From the NCBI GenBank assembly GCA_012295275.1, contig CM022668.1, positions 15,686,001-15,750,000 on the forward strand: 64,000 nt of DNA. The letters run 5' to 3'. Source of the stretch: Chrysomallon squamiferum (Eukaryota; Animalia; Mollusca). The notes beneath the pieces were generated by a model, which saw only the letters and a program-made list of their open reading frames with translations, was not told the DNA's origin and ran no database searches. Within the stretch, counting starts at the first letter, position 1. Each line of letters starts with the position of its first letter. Below are positions 1 to 39,000 of the stretch, one piece after another. A program made the translations under genes and the position numbers.

Positions 1-176
1 TTTTTGCCTGCATTTTAATTTTTAGTTTATACTAATTTTGAATTATGTATTTATATATATATATATATATTTATATATTTTTTTTACAACATGCTAATTT
101 GTAATAGGTGTTATGTTACTTTTTTTTCTTATTATTATATTATATATAACTACTTTTTTTTTTCTTTTTTTTCCAG

Positions 177-25330
<25,154 letters not shown>

Positions 25331-25754
25331 CAAAATAGTCCCTGCTTTAACAAGCCAAACACTGCACTGGGCGTAAGAGACAAACAATCCTCGTCTTCGT
25401 TGAACAAATCTTTTATGTTTACTTTTCTGTAAAGAATTAGGAAAAATAAATGAAAAGGTGCATTGAATTTTGTTACTTTTAGAAACAACATTTAAAAAAA
25501 AAATTAATTATTAAAATGCTTGTTAATTCGAATTTCGTTAAGATTAAACTAAAGTGTACAGTTTTACTTTTTATTCTTTTTTAAAAAAAAAAAAAAAAAA
25601 GATTTCTGTATAAACTGTTCTTCATATTTACTGTTTTAAATTAAGAGAAGCTAAGACAATTTTTATTATTAACTTCTAATTTTTATTAAATTTACCTGTG
25701 ATATATGTACGATGGACAGTAAAAAGTGTACATGGTGAAAAGTATTAGAAGTTG

Positions 25755-25760
25755 AATAAA
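25755..25760 (+). terminator. Candidate ARMC4 polyadenylation signal
   Basis: AATAAA about 425 nt after the stop; further AATAAA near 25445 and 25771. Confidence 0.4.
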
Positions 25761-26299
25761 TTATTTTTAAAATAAAACAATGGCATTGCTTCATTTTACT
25801 ACAAAATGTTTTAATTTCTTTTTTTTATTCATGATATCTATATTTTTATCTGTGATGTGGAAACCTTTTTTCCTTTTAAACTGAAATAAAACTTTATTTA
25901 TTTATTTATTTATTTTTTATTATTATTATTATTGTTGTTATTATTGTTATTATTTTTATTATTATTATTGCTATTATTATTTATTTAAATATTTATTTAT
26001 TTATAACTGAGATTCATTCAAGTTGGTTGATTATTATTGTAAAAACAAATATCAAAAATATCTTTATACATTTAAAGAATCTATACATGTATACCTTTAT
26101 TTACATTGCACTTACATTTATATTTATATGAACTGGAAAATATCAATAAATATTTGTAAAATATTGAAAGTATTTTATTGTTATTATTATCATAATTATT
26201 TTCATCATCATCATCATCACTTTATTACCTGATCATTATTAAATTATTATTTTATTATTACTGTTACTTGATTTCAAATAATTATTTGTTATTGTAAAT

Positions 26300-26510
26300 A
26301 CTAATATTATTACTATAATTATTATTAATATCAGTTTTAACTAATGCTGCTATTACAGCTAAAATTACTACTACGACATCATTTAAATAACTATATATTT
26401 GGGTTGGCAACTACTACTACTACTACAACTAAATCTACATTTACTACTACCATTACTACCACTACTACTGCAACTACTGAAGCTACAGCACTGAAAGTTT
26501 AACTGTATAC
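26300..26510. repeat. Dispersed repeat copy A (paralog at about 30315-30455)
   Basis: Shares tattactataattattattaata...catcat(t/c)taaataa...tttgggtt...actactact...aagttt(a/g)actg with copy B. Confidence 0.65.
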
Positions 26511-26559
26511 CTTGGGTGACCCCTTGTTGTTTTGTATGCATGTCATAATATTCATTATG

Positions 26560-26650
<91 letters not shown>

Positions 26651-27743
26651 GCATGTGTGTCTGTATATTAGAGGTTAGAAAGTTCCACAACTGCACATTT
26701 GCGAAATTAAGAACAACACGAAGCAATATTTCAGTACATGCATTGATCTAAGGCTTTAAAATTTCTCATGTTCGTAGCTTGACAAACAACTCAACTATTC
26801 AGAATTTTTCGTCACAATTCTTCTGTGTATTAGCTCGTCCCACACAAAACACATAATCGTAACTTTTTGCTTCTAAAAATCTCATAAATAAAGAAAGATT
26901 CTAATGCAGATGAGATTTTCTTTTTTTTTTTTTTTTTTTTTCTTGGCATAAAAGTTAATTGTCACACATATAAAAAGGAACAGAATATTGTAAATGCATT
27001 TACAAACTTGGTTTTGGTTTTGATATATTTACCTAAAAATCGGGACCATAATATAGTTTAATTGTCACTATGACTTACTGGCAAAGCAACGTAAATCAAG
27101 ACGTATATTTGATTATACAGGTTATTTTTATGGATTATATTATTTCTTTCAAATCACATTTTGTAGCAGTATTCCAGTGACATTAACGCCAACAAACCAA
27201 TGATACATACATATTTGAAGCACACATATGTAATATATTACAGACACACACACACAGACACACACACACACATATATAAAATTTACGTGTGTGTGTGTGT
27301 GTTAAATATGTTCTGTATTCACCACTAAAATATTTATTCATTAAAATAGATTTCATATCTTGTCGTTAATATGTGTATTTACGTGTATTTTCACAGTATC
27401 TGTTACAATACATGTTGCAATTTCTTGTCGCTAAACTGTACGATCACTGGATCACGTGTCTACATTTTACGTCAACACTTTGCTAAAATGTCCCCGAACG
27501 ATAATAGAGTTAACATTCCAGAGGTCACAGGTCGGCAGAATTAACAGTAATAACAGGCATTAATCTACATTTTATGGTTATTCGGGAGCGTTCTGTTGGC
27601 CACGTTCTAGTGTTCATGTATAAAGCAGAATTAAATGACCAAGTTTTATTACTGTGAAAAAAAAAAAAAAAAAAAAAGTGGAATATTTTATTACGGTTCT
27701 TTCTTTCTTTCTTCCTTTCTTTCTTTCTTTCTTTATTTCTTTC

Positions 27744-27797
<54 letters not shown>

Positions 27798-28009
27798 GTT
27801 ATTGTTATTGTTGTTATTATTATTATTATTATTATTGTTATTATTACTGATATTTATTTATTTATTTTTTATCTTCTGTCTGACAGTTTTACTAGTAGTA
27901 GTAGTAGTAGTAGTCGTAGTAGCAGTAACATACGCATTACTTAAGCATACGCACATACGCACATATACACGCTCGTACATTTAACCCTGAGATTAATTCA
28001 CATTAATAA

Positions 28010-28046
<37 letters not shown>

Positions 28047-28494
28047 CAACAACATCTGCATCGTCATTTATATACGTATATATATATATATATTAAATAC
28101 GCTACACAACAATTAACAGATTTATTTACAAGCCAGGGTTTTTTTTTGACGTGTCATTTATTTCTGAAGTTAGTTTTCCAACTCTGTTAAATGCCTTTAA
28201 TTTTCCGTATTTCAGTAACACTCGCAAGCTAACCCCTCCTACACAAATTCGATTTTGCTGCACGCTGAAATCAACCTTGTATCGTGTATTCAGCGGTTTT
28301 CAAGCGACTCTATCGATCCGAACAGGCTTATGCAAATGAGATATCAAATGGTTCAATAATGGCGAACAAACAACATAGACTTCATTCGGTAAGTAAGGGT
28401 GAAAAAAATGTGTTATTATCATTATTTGTGAAGCGTGTTCGCGGAACGTTAACAATGCGAATACAAAGAAGAGGAATGAAATCGATATTGGATG

Positions 28495-28543
<49 letters not shown>

Positions 28544-28749
28544 CAGTCTGGTTTAAACACATTAAGTTTGATACATTTATTTTGACATCCAAACTGGCAG
28601 CCCAAAAACATAAAAACGCAAACATGCATATGAAAATAATTATATTCTGCATAAATATGCATACAGGCATTAAATGCACATACAGCTACTGCAATGAATA
28701 AATAATATAAGCACTTACCAACATAGGTGCGTAGGTACATGCATATATC

Positions 28750-28798
<49 letters not shown>

Positions 28799-29052
28799 CA
28801 TACATACATACATATACAGATACAGACATACGTACATGCATCTATGCACGCATACATACAAATGTACATAGATAATGACATACATACATGTACACAAATG
28901 TATACATATGTATCTCTGTACACACACACACACACACACATACACATACACACATTTCTATGTATTCATTCTGTAATAGTAAGAATGTATTCATTCATAC
29001 AGATAGCTATATATAAACACACACATACAAATATAAACATAATTATGCACAC

Positions 29053-29147
<95 letters not shown>

Positions 29148-30314
29148 GATAATTATATATAAACACACTGTTATATATGTATAATTATAAATATAGATAA
29201 CTATATATGGTTATACTGATATAAGCAGATAATTAAATATGAGCGCACACATATAGGTTACAATCAATACAACGACATGTATGTAGGCGAGAAGACGACA
29301 ACAGCTGCGACGTGTTGTACTTGTGTAGTCGATTATTAATTTCATAATTTAACCAATACTTACCTAATTATCAATATCTTTCATGTTGGTAACTCAGTCT
29401 GCACAACATACATACATACGTACATGTGTGTGTGCGTGTGTGTGCGCTTATGTGTGTGTGTGTGTATATGTGTGTATTTATATTTGAACATATATATGTA
29501 TACACACACATTAATACAAATAACATACAATTCTATATTAGCTAGATAGATAGACAGATAGATAGACAAATAGATTTATTTATTTGTTTGTTTGTTTATT
29601 TGAAGTTACACAGACACGAGCCCTAACACACAACACACACACACACACAACACACACACACACACAACACAAACATACACACAAACAAACATACACACTC
29701 AAAAATAGATCAGTTCTTTCAATCTATTTTAAGAACTTACACCACAACAAAACAGTTTCAAACTTCTTCCTGGTGAATAAGTTTTCCTTTAGCCATCAAG
29801 CGAATACAATAACATTAACATGATTTTTGCTATTAATACGACGTAAAAACTAACAAAATGTGCTACAGTTCTGTTAATAAATAGTAACTGTAACAAGGAA
29901 GACGTCTTCAACAACAACAACAGCAACAATAATAATAATAATAATAATAATAATAATCATAGCGCTGAAATTCACTATTATGAAGAAAATAATATACAGA
30001 AATTTTGAACATTATGTTTCTCACATAAAAATTTTAAAACTTAAAGAAGAAAGAAAGAATTATTATTATTATTATTATAAAATTTAACATACTGCCATAA
30101 TACTCACTGCTAACACTGGATTATAAAAGTAATCGTATTTGCTCTTCATAAAATAACACAAAAAAAAACAACATAGTATCATTTTAAGAAGTGTGACGTC
30201 ATAATGAAACAATGAGGTGACGTTATTGCAGGAGGGCGACGTAAACATAACAGTTATTTGTTATTGTTGCTCCTGCTGTGTTTGTTATTACTACTACAAC
30301 AATTATTAACATTG

Positions 30315-30455
30315 TTATTATTACTATAATTATTATTAATATTAATATCAATATTAGCTACTGCTACTATAACAACTACATCATCTAAATAAATATACGT
30401 TTGGGTTCGGCCACTACTATTACTGCTACTACTACTATTTTAAGTTTGACTGAAT
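30315..30455. repeat. Dispersed repeat copy B
   Basis: Same orientation as the 26300-26510 copy; each is followed shortly by a (CT)n tract. Confidence 0.65.
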
Positions 30456-30576
30456 TAACCTGAATACATCAACTTCTAATAATCTTCTCCTGTTTTTTAT
30501 TACCCCGAAGGTAAGGAATTATGCTTTATTACAAGCCGTTATTATTAATATTATTTAAGACTGGCACAGAGTTACG

Positions 30577-30662
<86 letters not shown>

Positions 30663-31342
30663 AAGTATCCAAAATTGGAAGAATATACATACATACATAC
30701 ATACATACATAAACACAGAGACAGAAATACACACATACCTACCTATACAAACACACTTACATACAAACATATATGACCGATATAACTACACACAGAAGAC
30801 AATACACACGCACACATACATACACTCATATACAGCAAACACACATGCGAACACAAACACACACACACACACACACAAACACATATTCAGATGCGATACA
30901 CACATAAGCCTGACTTATTATCGAAACTACTAATGACACGAGAAAACGCAATTTCCAAGCCTCCCCTCTGAACAATGGACATTGCAATAACGTATTATCT
31001 GTAAATTACCCAATTCCGCATTAACAACATTCGATTCTTTGAGAAAAATTAATTTAGCGTGACTAACTCCTTTGCGGTAATTTGGATCTAATAGTTTATC
31101 TCGGTAACGTATGTTGCGTAACAAAACGTTCTAAGTTACGAATAATCCATTTTGAATTTTGGTTTTATATAATCATAATTACTGAAGCGATACTTAAGGA
31201 TCTTTTCTATAAAGAAAAATATATTTCTGTCTTAATAAACATAATTAAATATCCAGTAACAAAGCAATTTCTTTTTTTGTCTCTTCTTTCTTTCTTTCTT
31301 TCTTCTTCTTCTTCTTCTTCTTATTTTTATTAGAAACAGTAG

Positions 31343-31384
<42 letters not shown>

Positions 31385-32296
31385 CACACACACACAAATT
31401 CAATACTAAAGCAATATTTTAATTATTTTTTAATTTTTATTTTAATTTTTTTTTAATTCTTTATCCGTTTTGAATAAATGTGCGTTTGTTTAGCCCATAA
31501 AAGGTTTGTTGGTGTATTTCTGATCGATAGAGAAAAATATTTTCTGTCGGTTGCAATGAGAGGAATTTTAAGTACCTTTCATGTAAATTCAGTTAATAGC
31601 AAATTAATTGTATTTGTATGTTAAAGAAAATAAAATGCAGTTTACAAGATACTCGTATTGTTAATTCTTTAAAATTAATTTTAATTTTAATTTTATTTAT
31701 TTATTTATTATTATTATTATATATTTTATTATTATATTTTTTATTATTATTTTTTTAATTTTATTTATTTTATTTTATTTTATTTTATTTTTTTATTGGC
31801 AGATGATAAAATGGAAGAAATTATAGTAATAATTACATAATGGTGATTATAATAAAAATAAATAAATCCATTAATTTTGATTTGTAAGCAGAAAGTTACG
31901 CCATTGGCATATTTGATTAATTCTGATGTAAAAGTATTTACGCTCACTGCCGCTTTACACATGAGTGAACAACGTCGTCTTCTCGTGTTGGAATCGTACG
32001 ACCTAGTTTTAGCTGTGTCACCATCGTAATCGATTTCATCATCATCATCATCGTCTTCATCATTCGTTTGTTGTTGTTTTGCTGTATTAGTAGCAGCTGT
32101 AGTAAAGTTGCCAGTTGCCCGTCGTGAAATACAGTAAAGTGTTGAGCATTTTGTCACGGTTGGATGATTTGCAGAATGGGTGCTACGGTTTTGTGTAAAT
32201 GCATTTGTGATCGAAGCGTTTTCACATTATTTATTTATTCCTGTTGTTGTTAATGTTGTTATTTTATTATTATTATTATTAGTAGTAGTATTTTTA

Positions 32297-32347
<51 letters not shown>

Positions 32348-33130
32348 GATTATTCCGCCGACAAATATACTGAATGATTTTTATAGCTAACTGGTACCCG
32401 CTCGTTTTTCGTCGTAATGCAAAAGAAAATCGGTCTTGTTAATAATCGTAAACAGACGGTTTCAGAATTTAAAAAAAAAAAAAAATAAAATAAATGTCGC
32501 TTTTCGAGACTCGTCAAACGACTCCAACCCCGCTTTTTACAGAACTGTGTTCGTCGATTTACGACTTCATCATTTATTCACACGTTCGACCGAACGATCG
32601 CTAAATAGATTGCAGTTCTTTGTCACTGATTAATATAAACGCCGGTACGTAGTAAATTTAGATCGATCTGGAATTCTGGAATCGATCGCGTATTTGTTTT
32701 CGAGTATGTTTCTGTTGTGCTTTTTGTGTGTGTGTGTGTGTGTTTGTGTTTGTGGTTTGGTTTCGTTATTTTTTTGTGTGTGTTGTGTGTGTGTGTGTGT
32801 TTTTATTTAAATCATCATTGTTATTTTTGCTGTTGTTGTTGTTATGTGTACTTTGTTGCTGTTCTTTTTTCTTTTTTTCTGTTAATATTATTGGTATTCT
32901 TTTTGATTTTAAAAAAAGTCCGTGAGGTAGAATTTTTATTTTTATTTATTTATTTTTTATTTTTACTAATAATATTATTATTATTATTGCGATATTTAGA
33001 AATAAAAAAGTTCCGGGAAGTAGAAATGACTAATGGCTGTGTACATGTTCTGGAAAGCAATGTGTTCCGTGTTTTCTGTAAAAAATGAAAAGGAAATCGC
33101 TTGTCTTTGTAAGATTATTATATGGAAGTA

Positions 33131-33196
<66 letters not shown>

Positions 33197-33873
33197 GTCT
33201 TTCTCTGAAACTGATTTCTGAGCCAAGGCGGAACTTATTCTTGAAATATAAAACAAACAATGAAAAGTAAAGAACGAAGACTGCACTTAAATCAAACAGA
33301 TTAATACGGGCACACTTCTGCTTGTCAATTCCGGTTTTCCGGAAACCGGATAAACAGTCAGGTGACTGACTGACTGACTGCACGGATTTCGCGTGAATAC
33401 AGAGAACGGAGAAACAAATCTTACATCTTGACTGTTTAGGACAAAGATTATGTTATCCCGATAGCACAACTACAAATCGACTGTTTTAATATCTGTTCTG
33501 TTTTTACACCATCGATTCGTTGTTCCATCTGACTGCGTACACAGGTGAGAAATAATTAACGAGTGAAGCAGTGACGTTGATAGATTGTTAATTCATTTGT
33601 GACGTCATAATTTGTCGTAACTCGGGTTGTAACCCCAAACCTTCTGTAACTGACGTACATTTTAAAAGTTTGGCCTTCAGATCTGTTCTTCTGTGTAGGC
33701 GTACACGTTGATGTTGATACTGCCTACCCAGAATTCATTGCAGACGCTGTGTAGTGTTTTGGGTTTGGGTGCAATTAGAAAGCGGAATTAGAAATATTTA
33801 AACTGTGAGTCATTTTATCGAGTAACAGGAAACAATAAAATATATATATATTTGACATTTTTGTTTTTAAGCT

Positions 33874-33920
<47 letters not shown>

Positions 33921-34615
33921 ATCTGATTACATTATTTCGACATATTTTATTTCGAAATCGCTGACTAGACGCGCTGATATGTATTACACAACTTTGACGA
34001 AACTTTAGAAACAGTGTCACTGTCACGGGACTCTGACGTAGTGTGTGGACTATTTCCGTACGTCACGATGTTTGGTAAGACCGGCGTGATTTGACACAGC
34101 TCGGATATCAAACTGGCAGTGACTCAAATGCTTTTATCTTCCAACAACAAACACAACTGCTTTGTGTGGGTCACGAAATCTCATTCGTGCAATTCGATCG
34201 TTACAACAGCCGTCTGAAAAAGGTGAGGTTTTACGAAACACAAAACAGGAGCGAATCGAAATTTCTAGAAGAGAGGACGGGCCCTGTGACGTTCATTGTT
34301 TTAAGGGTGTAGTAGCCTAGTTACAAATAAATAAATAAATAAATAAATAAATAAAATATGTTAGCGTGAATAGAGTAAGGTCACTAGAATGTAGTTTCCG
34401 CTGAAGGCAAAAGGTGTTTCGTTATTGCAAACAATAAATGTAACGGACTAATTACTACAGGTTCAAATCAAGCCTGCGAACTCTCTCGAACAGCTGACGT
34501 CATCACTAATTCATGCGCTGCTAAGTTACCGCTCTAGATGTGAATGACGCCGGCTGATACGATCAACATACACAATCGGTCCTCGGAGTATCACCATACG
34601 TCATCACGTGATACC

Positions 34616-34674
<59 letters not shown>

Positions 34675-34745
34675 CTGTTAACTTTTAAATGAAGTAAAAC
34701 AGGCCAGTGTTTTAATGTTTAAAAATATCAAAACGTTTTTAATAC

Positions 34746-36068
34746 CAGTGTTCCTACACTTTGGGCTGTCAAAAACATTTCCATAACTTTTCCATAACTT
34801 TCCATAGCCCACAAATCCAAATTTCCGAAACCATTTCCAATCCAACTCGATCACAAGAAAGTCACAATTTTTATATAACAAAATGTATGGTTTGGTACAG
34901 TACTGAATATGGCATTGTAGTATGCATGGGGTAACTGTTGAGTTTATTGATTGGGTCAATTACGCTAGATTAAAGAAAGAGGTTTCAATATGTGCAGGGG
35001 TGGTGACTTGTTACACTTATTAATCAGGGTCAGTTAGGCAGGATTCAAGAAAGAGTGTTCTTATTGTACTGGGGTGATGCGTGGGTCCAACTTACTGATT
35101 AGGATAGATATAAACTAAGGGTTTTTTCCTGTTGTAAATGATTCATAAAATGTCCCAGGTTAAACTGTGATTCACAATATATTCTCCAACTTGCTCCAGT
35201 ACCAGAAGTATGTTTAATAGGGAAGTTATTCACAGCAATAAGGTTGGTAACAAAATCTGGTATGAGGGGTTCGTGTATATAGGAAACATGCGACTCGCAA
35301 AACAAAGCTGTAGTGGAAATGCGTCACGAAGCCACCATTAACAATACTCCTCGCATGAACATATTGTGTGCGGGTTGGAACAACAACGTGTTCTTCAACC
35401 TTGTGGGCTTCTCTACCACCCATCAACCTGGCGAGTTACTGAATGTAACGTGGGCACCATCATCCAGCAGGATGCGTTTGGTAAACCTATCTCGACGTCA
35501 GCTTCGTCGACACTACGTCCTGCTACAAGACCGTCTTTGCAACTTGTGTGTCGATCACCTTGAGAACCGCAAGACTGTGGCAGAATTTCTTCGTGGTATC
35601 TGGTGGAATATTCAACCTAAACCATCAACATTAAAATCAAAGAACATTAACAAAAAACTCTGACGAAAAAAAAAATGTGTTTAATCTATCTTTCATTGCT
35701 AATATATTTCTTAATTAAAAATTGTGACTTTTTCCTATGACTGTGATATTTTTCCTCGACTTTTTTCCTGACTTTTTTTTTCCTAGTTTCTTTCAAATAT
35801 TACACAACACTATTTTTTTTTGTTGTCAAAATTAAACACCCACCCTTTGTAACGCTAGACTATACAAAATATATAAGATAACATTCGAATATTCCCCCAC
35901 CTCCAACACACAAAAGCAACGTGGCAATGTTTATTTATACGCATATGCACGACAATGATGTCATTTATATGACGTATTGCTTGCTATAAGATCGAAAAAT
36001 GGTCCTGGAAAACACTGGGACAAATTTTCAAAACGTTCCAAGACTTTCTAAAACGCGTGCGAACCATG
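34746..36068. mobile_element. Possible older non-autonomous TIR element hosting the MULE insertion
   Basis: Ends cagtgttcctacac / gcgtgcgaaccatg are imperfect inverted repeats (9/14); ttcca(t/a)(a/g)acttt motifs occur near both ends. Confidence 0.3.
34858..35785 (+). mobile_element. Internally deleted, degenerate FLYWCH-MULE (Mutator-like) DNA transposon
   Basis: 35219-35325 reads EVIHSNKVGNKIWYEGFVY-RKHATRKTKL*WKC (FLYWCH-like). It is fused to HEATINNTPRMNILCAGWNN...HPSTWRVTEC...LQDRLCNLC...RKTVAEFLRGI (MULE transposase C-terminal RTNN-EGWNN/HPS-W-type motifs). 16-bp perfect inverted repeat 34858-34873 / 35716-35731; gacttttttcc subterminal repeats extend to about 35785. Confidence 0.75.
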
Positions 36069-39000
36069 TGTAACATTAATGCCATCACCGCAATAAATGT
36101 CGTGTATACTAGTCCATTCAATCGACTGTCTTTGTGTGTTTATGTGTGTGCGTCTACATAATGTAATGGTTATGCTGATGATAACTGTAGCTTTTAAGAT
36201 TAATTTTATTATTTTTTTTGTTTGTTATTAATGTCCAATAACAGTTGATAAACAAAAAGAAGTAAAATCAATACAAAAAAAAAAAAAAAAATTAGTAAAA
36301 TGGATTGTTCAAGTTACAACCATTCATTGTCAACAGCAGACGAAACGTAACATATAACGGGTGTTAATTTTACTAAGTTCCGATTTGTTTAATCCATAAT
36401 TTGTAAAAAAATTAATAATCAGTACAGTTCACTGGTTAAAACAGCCACTAGTGTACAAATGTATTAGTCGAATTGAACAAAGGTGACGTAACAAATCAGT
36501 ATAACAATAGTGTGACGTCATGACTGGATTAAACTGTAAAAAAAATTACATCTTTTTTTTTTCATCATCATCATAATAATACTATTCGAAAACCACAAGT
36601 TCTCTAAGCTTGACGTTTGTTACATTTAATGACGTCACACGAGGATAGTTACTTATTGTCTAACAATGGGGGTCAAACGTTTCTTAAATGTAACAGCTTT
36701 CCATGGAAACACCCTGTACGTTAGTTCGTTTTCTCTTTAACAATCAGATATTTTTGTGCATGCATGTTGTCCCAACAAGACTACATCCTGTTTCTTGTAC
36801 CAGTCACAGTACTTAAGGTCTGTTTGGAGCAACTGAATAACATTCACAAATGACGTAGGTTTCTGAATTGACTGGATCACGTGACATGCAGCTCAGTTAT
36901 GTCACGTGACACAAAGAAGCACAAGAAAAAAAATTTACGTTTTCAATAGATTTTATTTTGTCAACAGCTGAACAGATTAAGAAAAATACCATAAAAATGG
37001 ATTTTATTAAGATTATACAACAAGCAAAATATGCACCATACACATATAATTAAGAATGAGAGCTATTTATATCAGATCTAAATATATCTCCAATAATATT
37101 TATTAATATATAAAAAAAGTTACTCTCAAAAATAAAAGAAAAAGATGAAATATTTAGCAAAAATAGAACTAGAGCTATCTAACATATTATCCTAGAAAAA
37201 ATATCCATCCACCTTTAAGGAAAACATTAATCCTACTAATTTAAAAAATATATTTTTTTCAAAAAAACAATAGTAAAGCTTTTAACATTTAGATTATAAA
37301 TATTATAAAGTTCTTGTACACAATGATCGACTTATGTAATTTCAAAAAATCAGCACTAAATAAAAATAACGATTTCACCACAACTCTCAAAGCCCCACAA
37401 TAACTATTTAAAAAAATAATAAATAAATAAATAAAAATAATAAATAAATAAAAAAATAAAAAAATAAATAAATAAAAATAATAAATAAAAAAAAAATAAA
37501 AAAATAAAAATAAAAAAATAAAAAAAAAAAAAAAAAAAAAAAAAAATAATAAAAAAATAAAAAAATAAAGAAATAAAATTAAAAAGAAATAAATTAATAA
37601 TAATTTTAAAAAAAATATATGTATATATATATTTTCCAGTCGTCTAATTTCACATACTACTACCACTACTGTAATACAAGTACACTAAGAAGACAAATTA
37701 TATATATACATTGTTTTTAAGGTGACCAGAAAATGCAATTTCTGTTAAATATCCCTTTTACATCTTTACAGTTTTTCTGTTAACCTTTTAGGTATTTTAA
37801 AATTAACCCTTTACCTGTCAACAGAATTAAGTGCATTTCATACAAGAATTTTTGACAATATACAAGACTAACTTGTACGCTAACGTTCCTGAAGTTTAAA
37901 GACAATTTTTGTAATTTCACTAATTACATCCTGAAATTATTTTATAAATTTTTATTTTTTTTTTTTTTTTTTTTTTTTTTTATCTACTAGTGAAAGCAGG
38001 AAATAAATATGAATTTAAACTGCCTTCATTTCCCTAGCAACATTTTGGAAAAGTTCAGAATTACATCGTATTTTAAAACCAGTCTTCGGTTTGTTAAAAT
38101 TGCGTGGCTGTGTTTTTAATGTACAGGATTATTGATTTCCATTCGTTAGTCCCGAACTAGTCATAAGTGGCAACACTTATAAACATTTTAGAATGAATGC
38201 GATAATATTTATGCTATTCTGTAGCATTTGTCGTTAAGATCAAATAAAATGTATTATATTCCATTGCCGAGTCTCACAGCACTAAAGGAATCTGCAGCCA
38301 CCTTGTGTGTGGGTGTGTGGTGTGTGTGTGTGTACGTGTGTGCATACTCATGCTCAATGAATAAATAGTGATTCACCCACAATGCAGTTGGCAAGCTATT
38401 TTTAAACAGAACTGACTATATATTCTTACAAGCTGTTACATTTTCAAGCAGCTAAAAAAAAAAATAAAAAAAAAAAAAAATTAAATTTAAAGACTCAACA
38501 AATATGTAAAAAGAAAGCTTTTTTATTCACTGCTGTTGGCACAGTTTCCAAAATTCCAGATTAAACTAAAACACTATTTTTTTTTTTTAAATTTTAAGGA
38601 AAATATGAACAGCAAATTTTTCCCATCTACTGAAAGATGCAAGATAATATTTCTGAAAACACAACTACAATATAGAACTACTGCAAAAACGTTAAAAATG
38701 GACAGCAAATTTGTTTTGGTATAAATTAGTATTTTGTACATTTGATGTCAATTGTAACATCTGCAAATATTTGAATACATTAACAAATTTTTATACATGT
38801 ATATAAATTTGTTGAATATATACATATAGATTTTTTTTTTTTAATCAAAGCTATTATATCATTTAGATTTTTTTTTACATTTAAAGTTAGAAACAGATGA
38901 ACAAGTATATAAATTTACAATTTATCACAGCTGAAAATATACAAGTGTACTCAAATATAACAGCAACTTTTTCCATAAACCATAAAAATTTTGTAAAATT

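Larger units (their letters stand above)
30194..36910. promoter_or_regulatory. CpG-rich, CRE/E-box/ETS-rich putative regulatory region
   Basis: TGACGTCA at 30194, 33600, 34495, 36513 and 36630; many TGACGT half sites; CACGTG pair at 36878 and 36903; CCGGAA palindrome at 33330-33350. Confidence 0.5.

Noticed and set aside
28330-28337. Octamer ATGCAAAT as an snRNA distal element
   Set aside because: No recognisable snRNA sequence or proximal element downstream
35313-35663. 116-aa ORF as a stand-alone gene
   Set aside because: Frameshifted relic of a MULE transposase tail
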